Shown piece by piece: positions 13,398 through 23,625 of a stretch of 64,000 bases of DNA; within the stretch, counting starts at the first letter, position 1; the number at the start of each line of letters is the position of its first letter. The notes below the pieces were generated by a model. The model worked only from the letters and a program-made list of their open reading frames with translations, had not been told where the DNA came from and searched no databases. Both the position numbers and the translations under genes were made by a program. Origin of the DNA: Lingula anatina (lineage: Eukaryota > Animalia > Brachiopoda); NCBI GenBank assembly GCA_051362555.1, contig CM120646.1, positions 9,362,001 through 9,426,000 on the forward strand, in the 5' to 3' direction.

Positions 13398-13632
13398 GCA
13401 GGATCAATCTATCTCAGTGAGGATGGATTCTCACCAAGGTGCAGTCAATGTAATAAGCTCACTTGTCGGGCACGTCCCATCCTAACAAAAAATACTTAGG
13501 TAAAGTCAGGAAAGCTTTGTGGTCTATGACTCTGTTCATGTTGCAGTGTGAGGGGGTGTGCCAGACAAATTAAGCTGATCAAATTGACTGTACCTAAGCA
13601 AAATTCCCACTGAGATAGATCAATCCAGCTAC
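13398..13632. mobile_element. Degenerate MITE (imperfect inverted repeat)
   Basis: agcaggatcaatctatctcagtg..cagtcaat..ttgtcgggcac versus gtgccagacaa..attgactg..cactgagatagatcaatccagct. Confidence 0.5.
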
Positions 13633-13952
13633 TGCGATAACTTCAATTCTGAACAAGGCCTATGACAGAAATATGTTAGAACTAGCAAGTGTTCTATTTC
13701 TAACAAATATTCAGACATAGGAAAAATTTTGAGAAGTGAAGGTCCAGAGGATCTGTACTACAAAAGATCTGCAGTTGCTCCCAATTCTGTGCTGGTCGAA
13801 CTAAGTATCTTATTTGTGTTAGTCTATGTTTAGCCTCTGACATATCTGCAAGCGGCGATGACCTATCAGACAATGAGTTTCCCCAAGTCTGAATATTTTG
13901 TAATTGGTTCTTATAAACGCAGTACATGAACTCACTGCCAAGCAGGCTATAC

Positions 13953-14077
13953 CTAGTTTCTAGCATCAGTGGTGTCGACTCCCATTTGGCATCTAGTGAC
14001 ACAGAGACAAATTTGGACTTGGCATCTACTTCACGGCAGGCATGCAGCACCAAGATAACTAACAAAACAAGCCCTGC
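13953..14077 (-). CDS. UGGT1: UGGT exon 2 (AGLVLLVILVLHACREVDAKSKFVSVSLDAKWESTPLMLET)
   Basis: ttttttgcag acceptor and gtatag donor. The peptide matches the UGGT N-terminus as I recall it (vertebrate SKAITTSLTTKWFSTPLLLEAS). Lies inside ORF 13700..14197(-). Confidence 0.9.
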
Positions 14078-14441
14078 CTGCAAAAAAATGAAATGGGAAT
14101 TAATTTTTATTACTTTAATTTCTAATTCTACACCATGACAGATAAGAACATTTAAATGTACAGATCTGTATTTAAATCTGTATACAGACTGCATCAATAT
14201 ATAATTAAGTAAATGACAAGCAAATGCTTAAATGAAAATTAAATCAACAAATGGACAAAAGAACAAAATTTAAGATTTGGGTTATGATCCATTAATTAAT
14301 AGGAAAATAAAAATGAAAATATAAATTAGAATATTAATAGTAATAAAATTCCCAATGCAATTTATCTGAAAGGCAGAAATACTGATCAAAGTTACCACAT
14401 GTTGAAATAAGGAATATTAATGAAAAGTCATATATATATAT

Positions 14442-14472
<31 letters not shown>

Positions 14473-14990
14473 CAGAGGCGTAATCAGACCTTTTAAAATT
14501 GTACACACAGATTTTCAAGATTCCCATGTACACTTAAGCGAACAGATAAAGGGCAGATAAAATTAAATGTGTCAAATATCATAGCTCACTTTTCACCAGT
14601 AATAAAATCATCAGTTTTAACTCGTTCAGTTTTAAAATGTTAAATACATTCCGGTGATTTAATTAAGTTCCGTTTTATTATTTCACTCAGAACCAAACAA
14701 TCAATACGATCCTCCACTGACGCTCCTTCCTGAACGAACTCCATTGAATGAATATGAAAATTTCCTTCTCGTCTCGCTGAGACCGAGCCGGTTGATGATC
14801 TTCCGCAAACAAAAGCCATTGAACGAATATGAGGTTGCAAACGATCTCCCGCTGACGATACAAAAATTGCATTCTCGTCTCGCTCTTTGGCAAATGAAGT
14901 CTCTTTAACAAATATGAAAATTGCCTCCTCGTCTCTATCGGATTGCGAATGATCTCTCGCTGAAAATAAAAAATTGCCTTTTTGTCTATC
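14473..14990 (+). mobile_element. Partial copy of the 54708-55571 family in UGGT intron 1
   Basis: cagaggcgtaatcagaccttttaaaattgtacacacag.. and internal gaatatgaaaattgcc..ctcgtctc repeats shared with 54708-55260. Confidence 0.6.
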
Positions 14991-16086
14991 AGCTTTGTCA
15001 GGTGCCATATGTATGAAGGTCTGGAAGGTGTTCCCTTTCATAATTTGGCGGTTAGTTTGCTAAGAGTTTGTTTAGGGCGTAGACGTGTTTTGTACCGCAT
15101 GAAGGCCACTCTTGTCACTGCAGCATACGGCGTGGAATGTGTATTTTAAAGTTAATGAAAATATTATATTGTGTTTTGTAAGCTTTAGAAAGTAGTTTCT
15201 TCATGACTGAATAATAGCCTGCACTACAGATTAAAGTAGTATCATTCAACTGGACGCATCATAAAAGCTGGGTACGTCAAATTACTCTTAGAAAATTTTA
15301 TGCAATTTTATGCCACCCGGACAAGCCAAGACGTCATTTTTTTTTAAATCTTAAACCGTCTAGCCCTCATTGAAAATATAGGCCATCTGGTGATGTCAGC
15401 GGCCGTCCAAATGACTGCTGGATGGTTCGCTTGGAAAAGCCTTGCTCATAACGGTATATTTATTTAACAAGGGGCTTACTGACGCAAATTTTGGACACTT
15501 ATTGTGCCTGCTTGTATCGAGCTAAATTCTGAATAACAGCGCCGCACTGCTGTTCAATGTGGTTTGCTTCAGTTATCCTGAGTTCTCAGAAAATAATCTG
15601 AAAAACAGTTGATCATTACACTATTATTAAGCCTTCTTGCGATCTTGTGATATCCATGGTCAGCTTCTCTAAGTTGAACTTATATACAGTGTATGGTATC
15701 ACCCAGCTTACAGTTCTGATATATTTAAGTTTAATTATTTGTTTGTAATTCTAAAAATTGCTCATGCCACCCTGTTTTCTTCAACTATCAAAATTTGGGA
15801 ATAAGAGCACTTTTTGCTTAAGAGTTTAAAATACACAGCAACATTTGCTTCAGTTATCCTGAATTCTCAGAAAATAATCTGAAAAACAGTTGATCGTCGC
15901 ACTATTACGCCTTCTTGCTATCTTGTGATATCCAAGTTTAAAATACACAGCAACATTTGGAACACACAAAAATGTTTGTTATAATAAGGCAAATCCATCC
16001 TCTTTTGCACGAAAGCGCTCCCATTGTTATCAAACACATAGGAATGTTTTGAAAGGCATTCAAAGATGATAACCCAATGTTGTTAT

Positions 16087-16103
16087 CCAGTATCAGGGAC
16101 GTG

Positions 16104-16185
<82 letters not shown>
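16087..16185. repeat. (TA)n microsatellite, about 49 units
   Basis: Direct reading. Confidence 0.95.
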
Positions 16186-16189
<4 letters not shown>

Positions 16190-16987
16190 CTCACATCCAA
16201 AATTATAAGTTCCAACAACAATGAGACATCAAAATTTCAACTTGGCGCCAATCTTATGAGCACACTTTCCACTTAGAATATATATATATACACAGCATCA
16301 TATTTTGCTATATATTCATTTAAACCACAGCTAGCAGTAGAACAAAAGACTTGGCTGCTGTATTCCACATACAGGCATATCACGTACTAGTGCGTTTCAT
16401 GGTCTGTTGCACTCCCGTTACTCACTAGCTAATAAGGGCCCAGTATCTGTTTATCGGGTCCTAGCGCCTACCACGGATCAGACATCAATGAAAACAAGTC
16501 ATTTCTCAAACTTTTGATATCATGAAACAGCATTTATCCAAAAACTGATAGTTAGCGTTCTCGAATTTGAATGACAAGTTGCTCAAAATACAGATTGTGA
16601 AAACGAAAGTTTAAAAATCTACACATCCAAAGTAAATGTCCTGCCTTCTTTGACAATGACAATTTTCTTAATCTGTGAAGGCATGTGAGGTATCAAGGTA
16701 TCATCACCATCATTACATGATGGGCACGGGTGGATCCAGGATTATTTGAAGGGGGTGGGGGGGGGGGGGGTCCAAAATGACAGGCCTCAGTTGTGAAGCT
16801 GCTCATCGCCCCTTGGTGTGGGGTTTGGGGCCTGCTCAAGGGCCCAATTTTTGATGTTTTGGAGAGCAAACTGTATATAAGAAGGCCAAATAAGCTCAAG
16901 GGTCAGAAGAGAAAAGCATGAGGCAATAAAGGTTGCCGTCTTGGATCTACTTGATCATAACAAACCCGTGTTCATCACACATACATG

Positions 16988-17563
16988 GGTACTTTTGTAG
17001 TATACCCCCCCACCCTGTAACTTCCTGAAACTTTCATTTTTCAAACATTTTTTTTACATTGTCTTTTTCACCTATGTCAAAGCTGTTGAAATAAAATGTT
17101 TTTGTAATTACCTGTGGTCTTTTTATTAGTTTTAATCATGTTTAATCCACCCCATTGAAATACAATATGAAAATTTACAATGTACCCGCAGTCAATAACT
17201 TGCCGCGTTTTAGTTGGCTACTCTACCTTATTTTATGTGAACATAGGATTGATACAATGTATACTTGGACTTCCTCTGTGAAATTATTATAAGCTACTTG
17301 TTCACACAAAATTACCTTAGAGTTAGCCAACGAAAACGCGGCAAGTTATTGACTGCAGGTGTAAATTGAAGATTCTAACATTGTATTTCAATGGGCTGGC
17401 TTAAACGTAATTAAAACCAATAAAAAGTCCACAGGTAATTACAAAAGCATTTTATTTCAACAGCTTTGATATAGATGAACAAGAAAATGTAAAAAACTGT
17501 TTGAAAAGTGAAAGTTACAGAAAGTTACAGGGTGGTGGGGGGGGGGTATACTACAAAAGTACC
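16988..17563. mobile_element. Palindromic MITE with GG termini and 8-bp TSD (Merlin-like)
   Basis: TIRs ggtacttttgtagtatacccc.. extend almost to the centre. TSD catacatg at 16980-16987 and 17564-17571. The empty site is visible in the paralogous segment near 35990. Confidence 0.85.
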
Positions 17564-17903
17564 CATACATGTACAGTTAACAGAATACTACTAGTGCGTG
17601 GTCAACAATCACTGTCTTTGAGTCATTCACACAGCCTCCATCGCAAACTTCAATAAATTTCATATCTTCGGGAATTTTGTAACGAAAAACACTAAACAAG
17701 ATTATGAAGAAAATCACTTCATTCTAACAATTATTCTATCTACAAACTGAAAATTTTTGACGCAAAAATCTCTTAAATTGTGGCCTCTATCACCGGACGG
17801 AAATTCGACCACGAACTCACACACAATCGCACAATCAGGCAAATAAGCTGAGCAGTAGACTTACAAAAATATTTCGCAAATAATAAACACGAATGCTGCT
17901 TAC

Positions 17904-17924
17904 CATTATAGCCGGAATCTTCAT
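17904..17924 (-). CDS. UGGT1: UGGT exon 1, coding part (MKIPAIM)
   Basis: Minus strand reads gacgacATG AAG ATT CCG GCT ATA ATG|gtaagc. The phase-0 donor joins in frame to exon 2 to give a signal peptide MKIPAIMAGLVLLVILVLHACREVDA. It lies in a CpG-richer promoter-like region. Confidence 0.7.
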
Positions 17925-18259
17925 GTCGTCTGAGAATTAGAAATGCACCGGAAAGGCATCTGCGCAGACTCGGACTCCTTCTTGAGGAGAGTTGAGATAA
18001 ACAAACAGTCGGGTTTACAAACAGAAATACCCCACCCCATTAATGCTAGAAACATTAATTCCCATTGATTTGTAAAGGTCAGCCCCGTCCTAGATTTTGA
18101 ACCAATTGGCCACGCTTACACCATTTATCTGCACCAATATATTGACACCGCCACCAACCTGACATTAAAGAATAAAGTTTACACTATTGCCGCAGATCGA
18201 CGACGATACCGGTTATGCAATCATCTTACTTAAATGACCTGGACCAATCCCAACGCTTT
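17925..18259 (-). promoter_or_regulatory. UGGT 5'UTR and proximal promoter
   Basis: CpG-richer sequence; CCAAT boxes at 18102 and 18134 (32 bp apart); ATTGGCCACG at 18105-18114, resembling ERSE-II (ATTGG-N-CCACG) without the spacer; ETS-like ACCGGAA and TGCGCA near 17947-17966. Confidence 0.55.
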
Positions 18260-21121
18260 GAGCTACCCAGCAAGGGCTAACACTTGCCAGCCACTACAGT
18301 GGCTAGATCACATTATAACATCTTTGACTTTCAAATTAAAGTGACTAGAGCCGATTTCCACAGCATCTACATTCCGATTGTGGTAGTTGAGCTGCCACAA
18401 TCGGAATATCAATGCTGTCGAAATTGGTTTAGTCCCTTTGTAGTACTTTTAAAATGCTGGAATTGGTCAGGACCAGCGCAATCGATGTGTCGCAATAGGT
18501 CAGGCTCAACTACCACAATTGGAAAATCGAAGATGTTAAATTAGGATCTAGCCCCTGTAGCAGCTGCTGGATTTTGACTCTGGCTTGGTAGCTCAGTTGG
18601 TAGAGCAGTGGCTTGGTGTGAAAGAGTCCCAGGTTTGAATCCCAGAGGAAGCCTGGAGTTTTTCTCCCAGTCTATCGATTGGTCCAGCTCAACTACCATA
18701 ATCGGAGTGTCGATGCTGTCGAAATTGGCTCTAGTCCCTATGTAGTACTTTAAAAATGCTGGAATTGGTCACGACTAGCGCAATCTGTTTGTCGCGATTG
18801 GATCGGCTCAACGACCACAATCAGAATGTCGATGCTGTCGAAATCAGCTCTAGTCCCTTTGTAGTACTTTTAAAATGCTGGAATTGGTCAGGACTAGCGC
18901 AATCGGTGTGTTGCGATTGGTCAGGCTCAACAATCACTATCGTAATGTCGATGATGTCGAAATCGGCTCTAGCCCCTGTAGCAGCTGCCGGATTTTGACT
19001 CTGGCTAGGTAGCTCAGTTGGTAGAACAGTGGCTTGGTGTGCAAGAGTCCCAGGTTCGAATCCCACAGGGAGCCTGGTGTTTTTCTCCCAGTCTATGGAT
19101 TGGTCCAGCTCAACTACCATAATTGGAGTGTCTATGCTGTCGAAATTGGCTCTAGTCCCTATGTAGTACTTTAAAAATGCTGGAATTGGTCACGACTAGC
19201 GCAATCTGTTTGTCGCGATTGGTTCGGCTCAACTACCACAATCAGAATGTCAATGCTGTCGAAATCGGCTCTAGTCCCTTTGTAGTACTTTAAAAATGCT
19301 GGAATTGGTCAGGACTAGCGCAATCAGGGTGTTGCGATTGGTCAGGCTCAACAATCACTATCGGAATGTCGATGATGTCGAAATCGGCTCTAGCCCCTGT
19401 AGCAGCTGCTGGATTTTGACTCTGGCTAGGTAGCTCAGTTGGTAGAGCAGTGGCTTGGTGTGCAAGAGTCCCAGGTTCGAATCCCAGAGGGAGCCTGGGG
19501 TTTTTCTCCCAGTGTATCGATTGGTCCAGCTCAACTACCATAATCGGAGTGTCGATGCTGTCGAAATCGGCTATAGTCCCTTTGTAGTACTTTAAAAATG
19601 CTGGAATTGGTCAGGACTAGCGCAATCGGTGTGTTGCGATTGGTCAGGCTCAACAATCTCTATCGTAATGTCGATGATGTCGAAATCAGCTCTAGCCCCT
19701 GTAGCAGCTGCCGGATTTTGACTCTGGCTAGGTAGCTCAGTTGGTAGAACAGTGGCTTGGTGTGCAAGAGTCCCAGGTTCGAATCCCACAGGGAGCCTGG
19801 GGTTTTTCTCCAAGCCTATCGATTGGTCCAGCTCAACTACCACAATCGGAGTGTCGATGCTGTCGAAATCGGCTACAGTCCCTATGTAGTACTTTAAAAA
19901 TGCTGGAATTGGTCAGGAATAGCACAATCGGTTGGTCGCGATTGGTTCGGCTCAACTACCACAATCGGAATGTTGATGCTTTCGAAATCAGCTCTAGTCC
20001 CTTTGTAGTACTTTAAAAATGCTGGAATTGGTCCGTAAAAGCGCAAACGGTGTGTTGCGATTGGTCAGGCTCAACTACCACAATCGGAGTGTCGATGCAG
20101 TCGAAATTGGCTACAGTCCCTATGTAGTACTTTAAAAATGCTGGAATTGGTCAGGAATAGCACAATCAGTTGGTCGCGAGAGGTTCGGCTCAACTACCAC
20201 AATCGGAATGTTGATGCTTTCGAAATCAGCTCTAGTCCCTTTGTAGTACTTTAAAAATGCTGGAATTGGTCCGTAAAAGCGCAAACAGTGTGTTGCAATT
20301 GGTCAGGCTCAACAATCACTATCGGAATGTCAATGCTGTCGAAATTGGCTCTAGTCCCTATGTAGTACTTTAAAAATGCTGGAATTGGTCACGACTAGCG
20401 CAATCTGTTTGTTGCGATTGGATCGGCTCAGCTACCACAATCAGACTGTTGATGCTGTCGAAATCGGCTCTAGTCCCTTTGTAGTACTTTAAAAATGCTG
20501 AAACTGGTCAGGACTAGCGCAATCGGTGTGTTGCGATTGGTCAGGCTCAACAATCACTATCGGAATGTCGATGAGGTCGAAATCGGCTCTAGCCCCTGTT
20601 GCAGCAGCCGGATTTTGACTCTGGCTAGGTAGCTCAGTTGGTAGAGCAGTGGCTTGGTGTGCAAGAGTCCCAGGTTCGAATCCTAGAGGGAGCCTGGGGT
20701 TTTTCTCCCAGCCTATTGATTGGTCCAGCTCAACTACCACAATAGGAGTGTCGATGCTGTCGAAATTGGCTCTAGTCCCGATGTAGTACTTTAAAAATGC
20801 TGGAATTGGTCAGAAATAGCACAATCGGTTGGTCGCGATTGGTTCGGCTCAACTACCACAATCGGAATGTTGATGCTTTCGAAATCAGCTCTAGTCCCTT
20901 TGTAGTACTTTAAAAATGCTGGAATTGGTCCGTAAAAGCGCAAACGGTGTGTTGCGATTGGTCAGGCTCAACAATCACTATCGGAATGTCGATGATGTCG
21001 AAATCGGATCTAGACCCTGTAGCAGCTGCCGGATTTTGACTCTGGCTAGGTAGCTCAGTTGGTAGAACAGTGGCTTGGTGTGCAAGAGTTCCAGGTTCGA
21101 ATCCCAGAAGGAGCCTGGGGT
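18260..21121 (+). repeat. Left array of tRNA-containing satellite (119-bp plain monomer plus 183-bp tRNA-bearing monomer; 302/421-bp higher-order units)
   Basis: The monomer aactaccacaatcggaatgtcgatgctgtcgaaatcggctctagtccc..gtactttaaaaatgctggaattggtcagg recurs at 119/183-bp spacing (e.g. 19112, 19231, 19350, 19533). The first ~135 bp are a degenerate unit in the opposite orientation. Confidence 0.95.
18582..21115 (+). tRNA. Six tRNA-derived (Thr-like) pseudo-tRNA / Pol III cassettes
   Basis: 72-nt copies at 18582-18653, 19003-19074, 19424-19495, 19726-19797, 20623-20694 and 21044-21115. A box TAGCTCAGTTGG, paired D arm, B box GGTTCGAATCC, GGT at the anticodon position, and a T-run just downstream (cut short in the last copy). 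Acceptor, anticodon and T stems pair poorly. Confidence 0.7.
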
Positions 21122-23625
21122 TTGGCATAAGAAAGCAAAAAGAAGGGCTTCAGAGATCAAAAAAAGAAAGGAAAAGAAGGGCTTTAGAGAGGCTTTAGAG
21201 ACACGAAAAGAAGGATTTAGAGGGACTTAGAGATAAGAAAAGAAGGGCTTTAGCGACACCAAAAGAACGGCTTTACAGAGCAAAATAGAAAGGAAAAGAA
21301 GGAAGGGCTTTAGAGACACGAAAAGAAGCTTTAGAGACACGAAAAGAATGGAATAGAAGGGCTTTAGAAGGGCTGTAAGACACGATATCAAGGTTGTAGA
21401 GACTCGAAAAGAAAGGAAAAGAAGGGCTTTAAAGAAACGAAAAGAAGACTTTAAAGACACGATATGAAAGGAAAAGAAGGGCTTTAGAAGGACTGTAGAG
21501 ACACAAAAAATAGACTTTAAAGAAACAAAAAGAAAGGAAAAGGAGGGCTTTAGAAGGGCTGTAAAGACACAATAAGAAGGTTGTAGAGACTCGAAAAGAA
21601 AGGAAAAGAAGGGCTTTAGAAGGACTGTAGGACACGAAAAATGGACTTTAACGAAACAAAAAGAAAGGAAAAGGAGGGCTTTAGAAGGGCTGTAAAGACA
21701 CAATAAGAAGGTTGTAGAGACTCGAAAAGAAAGGAAAAGAAGGGCTTTAGAAGGACTGTAGGACACGAAAAATGGACTTTAACGAAACGAAAAGAAAGGA
21801 AAAGGAGGGCTTTAGAAGGGCTGTAGAGACACGAAAAGAAGACTTTAGAGACACAAAATGAAAGGAAAAGAAGGGCTTTAGAAGGGCTGTAGTACACGAT
21901 AAGAAGGTTGTAGAGACTCGAAAAGAAAGGAAAAGAAGGGCTTAAGAAGGGCTGTAGAGACACGAAAAGAAGGTTGTAGAGACTCGAAAAGAAAGGAAAA
22001 GAAGGGCTCTTGAAGGGCCTTTAAGACACGAAAAGAAGACTTCATAGACACGAAAAGAAAGGAAAAGAAGGGCTTTAGAAGGACTGTAAAGACACGATAA
22101 GAAGGTTGTAGAGACTCGAAAAGAAAGGAAAAGAAGGGCTTTAGAAGGGCTTTAAAGAAACGAAAAGAAGACTTTAAAGACACGATATGAAAGGAAAAGA
22201 AGGGCTTTAGAAGGGCTGTAAGACACGATAAGAAGGTTGTAGAGACTCGAAAAGAAAGGAAAAGAAGGGCTTTAGAAGGACTGTAGAGACACGAAAAATG
22301 GACTTTAACGAAACGAAAAGAAAGGAAAAGGAGGGCTTTAGAAGGGCTGTAGAGACACGAAAAGAAGACTTTAGAGACACAAAATGAAAGGAAAAGAAGG
22401 GCTTTAGAAGGGCTGTAGTACACGATAAGAAGGTTGTAGAGACTCGAAAAGAAAGGAAAAGAAGGGCTTAAGAAGGGCTGTAGAGACACGAAAAGAAGGT
22501 TGTAGAGACTCGAAAAGAAAGGAAAAGAAGGGCTCTTGAAGGGCCTTTAAGACACGAAAAGAAGACTTCATAGACACGAAAAGAAAGGAAAAGAAGGGCT
22601 TTAGAAGGACTGTAAAGACACGATAAGAAGGTTGTAGAGACTCGAAAAGAAAGGAAAAGAAGGGCTTTAGAAGGGCTTTAAAGAAACGAAAAGAAGACTT
22701 TAAAGACACGATATGAAAGGAAAAGAAGGGCTTTAGAAGGGCTGTAAGACACGATAAGAAGGTTGTAGAGACTCGAAAAGAAAGGAAAAGAAGGGCTTTA
22801 GAAGGACTGTAGAGACACGAAAAATGGACTTTAACGAAACGAAAAGAAAGGAAAAGGAGGGCTTTAGAAGGGCTGTAAAGACACGATAAGAAGGTTGTAG
22901 AGACTCGAAAAGAAAGGAAAAGAAGTGCTTTAGAAGGGCTGTAGAGACACGAAAAGAAGACTTAAGAGACACGATATGAAAGGAAAAGAAGGGCTTTAGA
23001 AGGGCTTTAAAGAAACGAAAAGAAGACTTTAAAGACACGATATGAAAGGAAAAGAAGGGCTTTAGAAGGGCTGTAAGACACGATAAGAAGGTTGTAGAGA
23101 CTCGAAAAGAAAGGAAAAGAAGGGCTTTAGAAGGGCTGTAGAGACACGAAAAGAAGACTTAAGAGACACGATATGAAAGGAAAAGAAGGGCTTTAGAAGG
23201 GCTGTATGACACGATAAGAAGGTTGTAGAGAATCGAAAAGAAAGGAAAAGAAGGGCTCTTGAAGGGCCTTTCAGACACGAAAAGAAGACTTTAAAGACAC
23301 GAAAAGAAAGGAAAAGAAGGGCTTTAAAAGGGCTGTAAGACACGACAAGAAGGTTGTAGAGACTCGAAAAGAAAGGAAAAGAAGAGCTTTAGAAGGGCTG
23401 TAAGACACGATAAGAAGGCTTTAAAGACACGAAAAGAAAGGAAAAGAAGGGCTTTATAAGGGCTTTAAAGACACGAAAAGAAGACTTTGAAGACACGAAA
23501 AGAAAGGAAAAGAAGTGCTTGAGAAGGGCTTTAGAGACAGGAAAAGAAGGGCTTTATAGGCACGAAAAGAATGGAAAAGAAGAGCTTTAAAAGGGCTTTG
23601 ATAAAAGGAAAAAAAGGGTTTCGAG
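21122..23625 (+). repeat. Purine-rich (GA) satellite arm, ~66-bp unit with 262/329/526-bp higher-order repeats
   Basis: gaaaagaaaggaaaagaagggctttagaagggctgt.. repeated. Higher-order spacing is visible in the repeated spurious ORF boundaries at 21616, 21878, 22404, 22733 and 23062. Confidence 0.95.

Larger units (their letters stand above)
197..17924 (-). pseudogene. UGGT1: Whole UGGT locus, possibly an unprocessed pseudogene or defective allele
   Basis: Frameshift at the start of exon 4, and no recognisable exon-6 equivalent between 5835 and 9043. Assembly error is not excluded. Confidence 0.45.

Noticed and set aside
14640-15041. 133-aa ORF as a gene
   Set aside because: It overlaps the internal ~60-bp repeats of a non-autonomous transposon and has no recognisable domain.
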